This document shows, piece after piece, positions 36,453 through 45,102 of a stretch of DNA of 64,000 nt. Numbering within the stretch: the first letter of the stretch is position 1; the number at the start of each line of letters is the position of its first letter. The stretch lies in the NCBI GenBank assembly GCA_963667785.2, contig CAXXMU010000002.1, positions 704,001 to 768,000 of the forward strand, given 5' to 3'. This DNA is from Alphaproteobacteria bacterium. GTDB taxonomy: Bacteria > Pseudomonadota > Alphaproteobacteria > UBA828. The position numbers were made by a program, and so were the translations under genes. Under the pieces are notes generated by a model, which ran no database searches, was not told the origin of the DNA, and worked only from the letters and a program-made list of their open reading frames with translations.

Positions 36453-36480
36453 ATTACCCATAATATATCTTATGCGATTT
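36453..36480 (-). other. dif: dif site (XerC/XerD chromosome-dimer resolution site)
   Basis: Minus strand reads AAATCGCATAA-GATATA-TTATGGGTAAT, an 11-6-11 layout matching E. coli dif GGTGCGCATAA-TGTATA-TTATGTTAAAT in the inner arms. It is an intergenic AT-rich islet, and GGGNAGGG motifs converge on it. Confidence 0.85.
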
Positions 36481-36569
36481 CTCTCACGGACGGTCCCGGC
36501 ATCTCGGGCGGCTCGCGCCTGTTTCCGAACAGCCCCTTCTCGTCCCTCCCGCGCGGCGGCGGTCGAGCC

Positions 36570-37436
36570 ATGAGCGGCGGACCGGCCGCCGGCATCGCAC
36601 GGCTGCTCGAGGTGATGGCGCGGCTGCGCGATCCGGCGGGCGGCTGCCCGTGGGACCTGGAGCAGAGCTTCGAGACCATCGCGCCCTACACCATCGAGGA
36701 AGCCTATGAGGTGGCCGAGGCGATCCGGCTCGGTGACAGGGCCGCGCTCCGCGACGAGCTCGGCGATCTGTTGCTGCAGGTCGTCTTTCACGCGCAGATG
36801 GCGCGCGAGGACGGCAGCTTCGACTTCGACGAGGTAGCAGACGGCATCGCCGAGAAGATGATCCGCCGCCATCCGCATGTCTTCGCCGGCGAGGAAACGG
36901 ACGCCAGGGCCTCGTCCCCCGGGCAGACCCGGGCCTGGGAGGCCCAAAAGGCCGCCGAGCGGGACGCACGCGCGCAGGCCGAAGGCCGGACGCCCAGCGC
37001 GCTCGACGGCGTGGCGCTCGCCCTCCCTGCCCTGCTGCGCGCGGAAAAGCTGCAGAAGCGGGCGGCACGCGTGGGCTTCGACTGGCCGGAGGCCGCGCCG
37101 GTCTTCGACAAGGTGCTTGAGGAAGTGGCGGAGCTCAGGGAAGCAGCGGCTGAGCGAGAACCGGCGGCCATGACCGCCGAACTCGGCGATCTGCTCTTCG
37201 CCTGCGTCAACCTCGCGCGCCATCTGGGCGTTGATCCCGAAGCCGCGCTGCGCGGCGCCAACGCCACATTCACCGCGCGCTTCCGCCATATCGAGGCGGC
37301 GCTGGCGGCATCGGGCCGCACCGCCGACGAGGCTGGTCTCGCCGAGCTGGACCGGCTGTGGGAGGACGCCAAGCGCGCCGAGCGCGGCCCTGCCGGCAAG
37401 ACCCCTCTCGACCCGGCGCAGGGGCAGGGCGACTAG
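36570..37436 (+). CDS. mazG: Nucleoside triphosphate pyrophosphohydrolase
   Basis: GCPWD, YTIEEAYEV, ELGDLLLQVVFH, RRHPHVF and a second ELGDLLF. Confidence 0.95.
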   Translation: MSGGPAAGIARLLEVMARLRDPAGGCPWDLEQSFETIAPYTIEEAYEVAEAIRLGDRAALRDELGDLLLQVVFHAQMAREDGSFDFDEVADGIAEKMIRRHPHVFAGEETDARASSPGQTRAWEAQKAAERDARAQAEGRTPSALDGVALALPALLRAEKLQKRAARVGFDWPEAAPVFDKVLEEVAELREAAAEREPAAMTAELGDLLFACVNLARHLGVDPEAALRGANATFTARFRHIEAALAASGRTADEAGLAELDRLWEDAKRAERGPAGKTPLDPAQGQGD

Positions 37437-37475
37437 CTACCGAGCCGTTCCCTCCCCTGCCGCCGGCGCCGACAC

Positions 37476-40400
37476 TCAGAACCGGGCGCTGACACCGACG
37501 TGAATCCTGTGCTCGGGCGCCGCCCCGAGCCGATGCTCGCCGTAGAGGTCGAGGCTCATGGCGCCGATGTCGTGGCGGATGCCTTCGCGCAGACGCCGCT
37601 CGTCTCCGTCGAGCTGCATCGTGCCGTAAGGCGTCCAGCGGCCCTGCCCCAGGCCCGATGCCAGGACGTAGCCCGCCTGCAGGCGCAGGCCCGAGGAGCC
37701 GCCCGAGGCCTCGTCGCTGCTCCACACCGGCGCATCCGGCACCGGACCCGCCAGCGCATCCACCGACACCGCAAGGCCCCGGCCGTCCGCCGCCTCCCCG
37801 TAGTGCGCCGTCAGCCGCGTCCCCGGGTCCTGCGTCCTCGGGCCGTCCACGCCGGCGCCCGCCTCGCCCGAGCCGCCGGGCCAGAGATGCGTCATCCCGT
37901 CGATCCGGAAGCGGTCGCGCGCATAGCCGAAGCCCGCCATCACCTCGCTGCGCATCGCCACGCCTCGCTCGTCGTCCTCATGGCGTACGCCGAACCCGAT
38001 CCTGGGCGTCCAGCCCCCGCCTTCGAGAGAACGCTCGAACAGCACGCCCGTGCGCAGCCGGCTCGCGTCGCCGGCAAGCGGGCCGAGCCCCGCGCGGCCC
38101 TCCGCCTCGAGCCGCACCAGGAAGCCGTCGGCCGACACCGTCGGCGCAAGGCCCGCCACGAGCGGCGCGAGTCCGTGGCGGCTGCCGAAGGCGAACATCT
38201 GCATCGAGAGGTCGGTCGCGACCGTGCCGACATCGTCGCTCAGCAGGAGCTCCCCCTCGCCCGCGCCCACCAGGCTCCACAGCTCGGTCGCTGCGCCCGG
38301 CGAGAGGTGCAGGTACTGGTATGCGCTCGCGAGCGACGCCTCGAGCGACTCCGACTCCGCGAGGCCGAAGCTGCCCTCGTTCACCGTATCCGAGAACGCC
38401 ACCCCGGCCACGAGCCCGCGGCCGAAGTCCCGCTCGAAGCCGAGGAAGCGGCTCTCGTCGATGCCCTCGGTGCCGCGGGCCTCGCCCCAGGCGCGCATCT
38501 CCTCGCCCACGGCGACATCGAAGCGGCTGCCGTGCAGGAACTCGCGCCAGCTGCCCGCGCGCTCCGGCCCCTCGAGGCCCGCCGGCTCCGGGCCAGCCCC
38601 GGCGAAGGAGAGCTCGCCAAGCGGGGATGCCGCCGTATCGGCCACGCCGGTCGCGAACGAGACCGGCTGGCCCGCGAGCGTCAGCGACGAGCCGCCCAGC
38701 GACCGACCCCGGCTGCTCATCGCCGCCACGGCGGACATGCCGAGGGACCGCGCCGCCTGCGACAGCGCCTGGGAGCCGGCCTCAAAGCGCGATGTCTCCG
38801 TGCTCTGGCTGGACGAGCTCCCGGTGAACGTGAAGTCGGTCACGTGTCGTCTTATTCCGCGATCGGTCGGATCGAGCTGGCCGCTGTGGGTTCCGGTGAG
38901 CCGAGTCCCGCGGAAGATCCTGACGGTGTAGCCGGCAGGAACGACTCCACGGAAGTAATTGACTCGGACGGTATAGCGCCCGGACGGCGCTCCGTTCGGC
39001 CACGCGATGTTCTCCGCGTTCGGGCTGTTCGGCGGGGTTCCGTTCCCCCTGTCGTCGATGTCCCACTCGCCCGTAAAGCCCCGGCAGGTGTTCCTGTCGC
39101 CCTCCCTGTAGCCCAGTGTCTGGCCACATGGATTCGTGACGTAGAGGTCGAGGTCGACGTCGGCGGTCCACGTAATGTTGACCCGCACGTCACCGCTCAT
39201 GCCGACGATGATCTCTTCGAGAAGGCGCAGGTGCAGGGTGTAGGGCCCGGTACGGCCGCCGGCGCCCGTCACCCGGACGCAGTAGGTGCCGCCGGAGACG
39301 CTCTGCTCGATGAGGAAGTTGCTGCCGCTGCCCCCGTTGTCGTCGCTGGCGAGCGTCGTACCGCCGGTGCTTTCCACGCGGCCGACGGTATCGGTGGTGC
39401 CGCTGGTGAAGGCCCGCAGCCTGCCGGCGCCGACGGTGACCCGGTAATAGTCCGTATCGCCCGCCGTCAGCTCGCCGTCTCGCTGCAGTTCGATGGACGT
39501 GGTCGAGCCCAGGTCGACGGCGGTGCCGCCAGTGCACGTGTCGCCATGATCGTCGCCGCCGCTCGGGGTCGCGTTGAAGCGCACGTGCAGGGTGTAAGGC
39601 CCGGCCGTACTCGCACTGATGCGGCCTCGAACATCGACGTAGTACGTCCCTGCGGAAACGTCATGCTCGATCCGGAAGTTGTTGCCGCTGCCTTCATCGT
39701 TGCTTTGGGCCAGCAGCGTTTGGCGGCTGTCCCTCAGGCGGCCGACGGTATCGGTGCTGCCGCTGCTGTAGACCGTCAGTCTGCCGGGCCGATCCACGAC
39801 GATCCGGAACCAGTCCTCGTCGCCGGCGGTCAGCTCGCCGGACGTGTCCGACGTCGTGGTGACGATCGTGGCGTCCGACGGTCTTTCGCCGTGGTCATCG
39901 ACCGTCGGGGCGGGCGTGAAGCGCACGTGCAGGGTGTAGGACCCGACCGTGCTGGCACCGTAACGGCCCAGCACCTCGACGTAATAGGTGCCGGCAAAGA
40001 CGTCGTACTCGATCCGGAAGTTGCTGCCGGTGCCCCCATCGTTGTCATAGGCAAGCTGATTGCCGCGAGCGTTCTCCAGGCGACCGACGGTATCGGTGCT
40101 GCCGCTGGTGTAGACCGTCAGTCTGCCCGGCTGATCCACGGCGACCCGGAACCAGTCCCTGTCGCCGATCGTCACCTCTCCGGGCGTGTCCGACGTCGTG
40201 GTGATGACCGTGGCGTCCGACGGCCTGTCGCCGTGGTCGGTGCCCGTCGAGGCGGGTGCAAAGCGCACGTGCAGGGTGAAGGACCCGAAACTGGTGCTGA
40301 ACCGGGGGCCCGACGTCACCCGCACGTAATACGTGCCGGCCGCGACGTCGCGCACGATTCGGAAGTTGTTGCCGCTGCCCCCGTTGTCGTCGCTGGCCAG

Positions 40401-41414
40401 CGCGGAGCCGCCGGAATCCTCCAGGCGACCGACGGTATCGGTGCCGCCGCTGGTATAGACAGTCAGTTCGCCGGGACGATCCAAGACGACCCGGAAATAG
40501 TCCACATCGCCGCTCGTCAACAGGCTGTCCGTGTCCGACCCCGTCTCGACGAGCGAAGCGGATTGCCGCGAGTCGCCGTGGTCGGCGCCTCCCGGCGTGA
40601 AGTTCACGTTGAGGGTGTAGTCGGGCGTCCTGCCTGCGAAATCCGCGGTCACCCGGATATAGTAGGTGCCGGCGGTGATGTCGCGAATCATCCGGAAGTT
40701 GCGGTTGGAACCCCCACAGCAGTAGTCGTCCAACAGCCCGCCGTTGGCGTCATACAGGCGGCCAGAGGTATCGTGGCTGCCGCTGGTGTGGGCATCCAGC
40801 CTGCCGGCCACGTCCACCGTGAACCGGAACCAGTCCTCGTCGCCTCGCGTCAAATTGCCCGCCGTGACCGATCCCGGCGCGATGGGCGTGGCGGTTTGCC
40901 GCGTGTCCCCATGGATGTCGCCCGGTGTGGAGGTGGAGGTAAAGCGCACGTGCAGGGTGTAGGGCCCGCTCGCGCGGCCGCCGTGGCCCCGCACCCGGAC
41001 GTAATGGGTGAGGTCCCTGACGCTCGTCTCGATCCGGAAGTTGAGGCCTGAGCCTCCATCGCCGTCTTCGCTTACAACTCTTTGGAATTCGTCATACAGT
41101 TGACCCTGGGTATCCGTGCCGCCGGTTGTGTAGACCAAGAGCGTGCCTTCCCGGTTCAGGGGGATCTCGAACCAATCCTCGTCGCCAGACGTCAACACGC
41201 CGGATGTGCTCGAGTCCGGCGCAACGCGCGTGGCGGTTCTCAACCCGTCGCCATGGTCGTCGCGAACGGTCGGCCCTCCGCCGGAGCCGTCTCCGCCGCC
41301 CCCGCCGCCGCAGGCGGTCAGGCCGAGGCTGAGCGCGATCACCATGGCTGCCAAGGCCGCACAGGTCGAACGGCTGAACGGTATCGGAGGCGAACATTTC
41401 GGGAGGAAGGGCAT
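37476..41414 (-). CDS. Lipoprotein autotransporter-like surface protein: six PPC-like repeats, YfaP/DUF2135-like domain, C-terminal beta-barrel
   Basis: Lipobox LTAC followed by GGGGGG; six (D/I)HG(D/E)...GDxD(W/Y)...DTxGxL...NFxI...YxVxV...TL(H/N) units; DVRVNITWTADVDLDLYVTNPCG...ENIAW; amphipathic beta C terminus ending in Phe (HVGVSARF). Confidence 0.8.
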   Translation of the reverse strand: MPFLPKCSPPIPFSRSTCAALAAMVIALSLGLTACGGGGGGDGSGGGPTVRDDHGDGLRTATRVAPDSSTSGVLTSGDEDWFEIPLNREGTLLVYTTGGTDTQGQLYDEFQRVVSEDGDGGSGLNFRIETSVRDLTHYVRVRGHGGRASGPYTLHVRFTSTSTPGDIHGDTRQTATPIAPGSVTAGNLTRGDEDWFRFTVDVAGRLDAHTSGSHDTSGRLYDANGGLLDDYCCGGSNRNFRMIRDITAGTYYIRVTADFAGRTPDYTLNVNFTPGGADHGDSRQSASLVETGSDTDSLLTSGDVDYFRVVLDRPGELTVYTSGGTDTVGRLEDSGGSALASDDNGGSGNNFRIVRDVAAGTYYVRVTSGPRFSTSFGSFTLHVRFAPASTGTDHGDRPSDATVITTTSDTPGEVTIGDRDWFRVAVDQPGRLTVYTSGSTDTVGRLENARGNQLAYDNDGGTGSNFRIEYDVFAGTYYVEVLGRYGASTVGSYTLHVRFTPAPTVDDHGERPSDATIVTTTSDTSGELTAGDEDWFRIVVDRPGRLTVYSSGSTDTVGRLRDSRQTLLAQSNDEGSGNNFRIEHDVSAGTYYVDVRGRISASTAGPYTLHVRFNATPSGGDDHGDTCTGGTAVDLGSTTSIELQRDGELTAGDTDYYRVTVGAGRLRAFTSGTTDTVGRVESTGGTTLASDDNGGSGSNFLIEQSVSGGTYCVRVTGAGGRTGPYTLHLRLLEEIIVGMSGDVRVNITWTADVDLDLYVTNPCGQTLGYREGDRNTCRGFTGEWDIDDRGNGTPPNSPNAENIAWPNGAPSGRYTVRVNYFRGVVPAGYTVRIFRGTRLTGTHSGQLDPTDRGIRRHVTDFTFTGSSSSQSTETSRFEAGSQALSQAARSLGMSAVAAMSSRGRSLGGSSLTLAGQPVSFATGVADTAASPLGELSFAGAGPEPAGLEGPERAGSWREFLHGSRFDVAVGEEMRAWGEARGTEGIDESRFLGFERDFGRGLVAGVAFSDTVNEGSFGLAESESLEASLASAYQYLHLSPGAATELWSLVGAGEGELLLSDDVGTVATDLSMQMFAFGSRHGLAPLVAGLAPTVSADGFLVRLEAEGRAGLGPLAGDASRLRTGVLFERSLEGGGWTPRIGFGVRHEDDERGVAMRSEVMAGFGYARDRFRIDGMTHLWPGGSGEAGAGVDGPRTQDPGTRLTAHYGEAADGRGLAVSVDALAGPVPDAPVWSSDEASGGSSGLRLQAGYVLASGLGQGRWTPYGTMQLDGDERRLREGIRHDIGAMSLDLYGEHRLGAAPEHRIHVGVSARF
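39220..41261 (-). repeat. Six ~110-120-aa PPC-like tandem repeats
   Basis: Recurrent GCACGTGCAGGGTG and CCGACGGTATCGGTG blocks; units 4 and 5 are the most similar. Confidence 0.85.
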
Positions 41415-41439
41415 GGTGCTTGCCTCGATATGGCTAACT

Positions 41440-41509
41440 TGATCTGTCAGATCACAGGGTCATGAAGCGCGCGTCTGCCGATATCGAGCGGAAATCTTCC
41501 GATTTCCGC
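41440..41509. promoter_or_regulatory. Two palindromes upstream of the lipoprotein autotransporter
   Basis: TGATCTG-T-CAGATCA (41440-41454) and GCGGAAATC-TTCC-GATTTCCGC (41488-41509), in an AT-rich upstream region. Confidence 0.4.
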
Positions 41510-41772
41510 AAAAGACGTCGCAGCATACATAAGTAGAGGGAATGTGCTTTGCGATCTAACATTGGACTTTTTTGATATAGCATGAAAGCGCAGCCGCTGC
41601 CAACGCGGCTGCCCGAGCGCGTGGCGACCCCTCTATGGCCGGGGACGCGGCGGTGGATTAACCCAGCGATTTCGGTGGAGTCGGGCCGGCGTACGAGCCC
41701 CCGCCCGGCAGCCGCGGGCCGCCACCCTTCTCGCCCCGCCCCTTCTCCCGAGGGGGAAGAGGGTGAGTTGGG

Positions 41773-43968
41773 CTACTCGGCGGCGTCGGGCAGCGGCGCG
41801 GCTTCGGTGACGGCGCGGAGGCCCGCGATCACGTCCTCCTGCTGGGCGAGCGCCGCCGTCTCCAGCACCTTGGAGACCACGGGCGCGGCCTGCGAGCCCG
41901 AGACCCTGAGGATCTCGTGGTCGAGCCAGTCGAAGAGCCGCTCCTGCGCCTCCTGGGCGATGCGCGCGCCGAGCGAGGGGCCGCGCGCGGTCTGCTCCAC
42001 GATCAGCAGACGGTTGGTGCGCCTGACGCTCGCGCCGATGGTCTCCCAGTCCATGCCGAGCGGGTCGAGGGTGCGCAGGTCGATCACCTCGGCGTCGATA
42101 CCGGCGGCATCCGCGGCCGCCGTGCTCACCGGCACCATGTTGGCGCAGGTCACCAGGGTGCAGGCGCTGCCAGGGCGCACGATGCGCGCCTTGCCGAAGG
42201 GGATGCAGTAGTCGAGGTCGTCGGGCACCGGGCCCGTCTCCTGATAGAGCGCCTGGCACTCGATGATCGCCACCGGATCGTTGCAGCGGACGGCGCTGTT
42301 GAAGAGTCCGACATAGTCGAAGGGCGTGGTCGGCGCGACGATGCGCCAGCCCGGCCAGAGCGCGAAGACGCCCGACGGGTCCATCGAGTGCTGCGAGCCG
42401 TAGCCACCGCCGGCGGCGACGCGGGCGCGCAGGATGAGCGGGGCCGTATGGTCGCCGCCGAACATGTGGCGCACCTTGGCGGCCTGGTTGAAGAGCTGGT
42501 CCGCCGCCACCAGGCAGAAGTCGGCGTACATGATCTCGACGATCGGCCTGAGCCCGTTGACCGCCGCCCCCAGCCCCATGCCGCAAAAACCGTTCTCGGC
42601 GATGGGCGTGCCGATGAGGCGCTCGGGAAAGGCCTCGGCGATCCCCTTGGTGGCGCCGACCGTGCCGCCCTTCAGCCGGTGCACGTCTTCGCCCAGCACG
42701 ATCACGCTCTCGTCCCGCTCCATCGCGTGGAACTGGGCGGCGGCGATGGATTCGATGTAGGTCATCTCGCGAGCAGCGGCGGGATCGACCTCCTCCGGCG
42801 CCATGGCGCGCACGCCGTCGAGCTCCGAGAGATCGCCGCGGATGCCGTGGTCGACCGCCGCAGCGTCGGGCCAGAGCGCCGGCACCACGCGCAGCCGGTT
42901 GGAGCCGGGCTCGGTCTCGGTCAATGCCTGCGCGGCCTTCTCCACGGCCTCGCCCGCCCGCCCCTCCAGCCGGGCGACGGCGGCCTCGCCCAGGATGCCG
43001 AGTTCCACCAGGCGCTTCGGCATGGTCGTCACCGGGTCGCGGGCGTGCCAGGCTTCCTCCTCGTCCTTCTCGCGGTAGCCGAAGGCGCTGCCCTTCATCG
43101 GCCCGTGCTGGTGGAAGTAGCGGTAGGTGAGGGACTCGATCAGCACCGGCCCGTTGCCCGCCTCGATCTCGGACCTCGCCCACTGCATCGCCTTGCGCAC
43201 CGCCATCACGTCCATGCCGTCGACCTCGACCGAGGGCACCGCGACCCCTTGCCCCCGCGCGCTGAGCCGCGTCTCGCGCGTGGTCTCGGAGACGTGGGTG
43301 GAGACGCCGTAGAGGTTGTTCTCGACGAAGAAGACGATGGGCAGGTCGTAGAGAGCGGCCATGTTGAGGGATTCGTAGGCCGCGCCGTTCTGCATCGCGC
43401 CGTCGCCGAAGAAGGTGACGGTGAGGTTGCCGCTCTTCCTCAGCTTCTCTGCAAGCGCGTAGCCCACCGCCTGCGGCGGGTTGCCGCCGACGATGGCGTT
43501 GGTGCCGAGCACGCCGGCCTCGTCCCAGCGCATGTGCATGGAGCCGCCGCGCCCGCCGCAGTAGCCCGGCGTGAGCCCCATGATCTCGGCCATCGAGCGG
43601 TGCACCACCTCCTGCATCGGCTCGGGCCAGTCGCTGCTGAGCGGGTCGTAGCCGAGCGGCACCGCGTGGTTGAGGAACTTGGCGAGGAACTGGTGGTGGG
43701 CGCGGTGGGTGGCGTTGATCTTGTCGTCATCGGTCAGCGTCGACATGGCGCCGACCGCGCCGCCCTCCTGGCCGATGCTGGCGTGCGCCGGCCCGTGCAC
43801 GCAGCCCGCCTTGAAGAGCGCGAGGATGCGCTCCTCGAAGCGGCGGACGAGGAGGAGCTGCTCGAGCAGATAGGCCAGGATGCGCGGATCCTCGTCCCGC
43901 CAGTCGGCCTCGTCGGCCACCAGCCGGTGCCACGGAGTCTCCGAGGTCAGCGGTTCCATCGTCGGCAT
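41773..43968 (-). CDS. Fused E1 alpha/beta ThDP-dependent 2-oxoacid/acetoin dehydrogenase-like protein, 731 aa
   Basis: HASIGQEG, GRGGSMH and FFGDGA...ENN (ThDP motif); beta part has GEDV, TPIAENG, EIMYADF, SQHS and IDLRTL. Start re-assigned to 43968 after an AGGGGAGG RBS. Confidence 0.9.
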   Translation of the reverse strand: MPTMEPLTSETPWHRLVADEADWRDEDPRILAYLLEQLLLVRRFEERILALFKAGCVHGPAHASIGQEGGAVGAMSTLTDDDKINATHRAHHQFLAKFLNHAVPLGYDPLSSDWPEPMQEVVHRSMAEIMGLTPGYCGGRGGSMHMRWDEAGVLGTNAIVGGNPPQAVGYALAEKLRKSGNLTVTFFGDGAMQNGAAYESLNMAALYDLPIVFFVENNLYGVSTHVSETTRETRLSARGQGVAVPSVEVDGMDVMAVRKAMQWARSEIEAGNGPVLIESLTYRYFHQHGPMKGSAFGYREKDEEEAWHARDPVTTMPKRLVELGILGEAAVARLEGRAGEAVEKAAQALTETEPGSNRLRVVPALWPDAAAVDHGIRGDLSELDGVRAMAPEEVDPAAAREMTYIESIAAAQFHAMERDESVIVLGEDVHRLKGGTVGATKGIAEAFPERLIGTPIAENGFCGMGLGAAVNGLRPIVEIMYADFCLVAADQLFNQAAKVRHMFGGDHTAPLILRARVAAGGGYGSQHSMDPSGVFALWPGWRIVAPTTPFDYVGLFNSAVRCNDPVAIIECQALYQETGPVPDDLDYCIPFGKARIVRPGSACTLVTCANMVPVSTAAADAAGIDAEVIDLRTLDPLGMDWETIGASVRRTNRLLIVEQTARGPSLGARIAQEAQERLFDWLDHEILRVSGSQAAPVVSKVLETAALAQQEDVIAGLRAVTEAAPLPDAAE

Positions 43969-44232
43969 GGCGCCCTCCCCTGCCCGCTCCGGCACGCGTC
44001 CGCTCGGCGGCGCCGGAAGCGCCCGGTTCTTATAGCAGAGATGGCATGGCCGGCGCGCCTCGGCAGCCGCAGCTAGGCTTCGGCCCTCCAGCGCGCGTTC
44101 CGCGTGACTCTTCTCTGCGCGTCCCGCGCGACGCGGGCCGTGACAGCGGTCGGACATCCGGGCTAGAACCGCGCGCACGCACCGGCGGCTTCGCCGGACG
44201 GGATGATGCGGCGGAGAGGCCGACGGCACGCG

Positions 44233-45102
44233 ATGATCTACGACGAGCCGCGTTTCAGGCCGGGCGGCGACCGCTTCATCGAGATGGAGCTCGGCGACGA
44301 GCTCAATTTCGATCTCAACTTCCTGGTGCATGCGCTGACCGCGCGGGTACGCGAGGCCCGGCTCGACGGCATCATCGAGCTGTTGCCCAACATGGCCTCC
44401 ATCGTCATCAGCTACGCGCCCGAGCGGATCGGCTACGACGACGTCGTGCGCGAGATCGGCGCGCTCTTCGCCTCCCTCGGCTCGCTTGAGGACGTGGAGC
44501 TGCCGAGCCCGCTCTACACCTTCCCCGTGCTCTACTTCGACCACCTCACCCGTGCCTGCTGGGAGGACTACTGCGCCCGCATCGGCGAGAAGGAGTACGA
44601 CCCCGACCTCATGGTGAGGCTCAATGCGCTGGAGAGCCGCGCGCAGCTCGCGCGCATCCATTCCGGCACGGAGTACTGGGTCGCGGCACTGGGCTTCTAC
44701 CCCGGCCTCGCCTCGCTGATCGCGCTGGATCCGCGCTGCCGCCTCACGGCGCCGAAGTACAACCCGCCGCGCACCTGGACGCCGAAGGGAACGCTCGGCT
44801 ACGGCGGCTCCGTCACCTGCCTCTATCCGGCCCGCACCCCCGGCGGCTACCAGATCATCGGCCACTCGCCGGTGCCGGTGTTCGACCTGGAGCAGCGGCT
44901 GCGCGCCTTCCGCGATCGCCTCGCCCTGCTCCGGCCGGGCGACCGCGTGCGCTTCGTGCCCGTGGGCCGGGAGGAATACGACCACGTGACGGCAGAGGTG
45001 GAGAGCGGCGCCTACGAGCACCAGGTCGCGGCCTACGCGAAGTTCTCGATCCGCGCCTACCACGAGTGGCTCGCGACCCTCGACATGAGCGTCAGGTTCT
45101 GA
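44233..45102 (+). CDS. Carboxyltransferase / allophanate-hydrolase subunit 1 type protein (PxpB-like), copy 1
   Basis: GGDRF..ELG, GFYPG, PKYNPPRTWTP and PGGYQIIG motifs; 289 aa. Confidence 0.85.
   Translation: MIYDEPRFRPGGDRFIEMELGDELNFDLNFLVHALTARVREARLDGIIELLPNMASIVISYAPERIGYDDVVREIGALFASLGSLEDVELPSPLYTFPVLYFDHLTRACWEDYCARIGEKEYDPDLMVRLNALESRAQLARIHSGTEYWVAALGFYPGLASLIALDPRCRLTAPKYNPPRTWTPKGTLGYGGSVTCLYPARTPGGYQIIGHSPVPVFDLEQRLRAFRDRLALLRPGDRVRFVPVGREEYDHVTAEVESGAYEHQVAAYAKFSIRAYHEWLATLDMSVRF

Noticed and set aside
37500-41051. 1183-aa + ORF and similar long overlapping ORFs (16503-18311, 32868-35633, 52102-54315)
   Set aside because: Antisense shadows of well-supported genes in high-GC DNA.
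41439-41455. FNR/FixK box
   Set aside because: Half-site spacing does not fit TTGAT-N4-ATCAA.
41740-41763. CCCTTCTCCC-GAGG-GGGAAGAGGG hairpin as a distinct repeat family
   Set aside because: Single imperfect copy just downstream of the E1 gene; most simply a terminator-like hairpin.
36416-41770. Xer-integrated mobile element (IMEX) at dif carrying the autotransporter
   Set aside because: No second dif-like site and no replication or phage genes; mazG lies directly next to dif.
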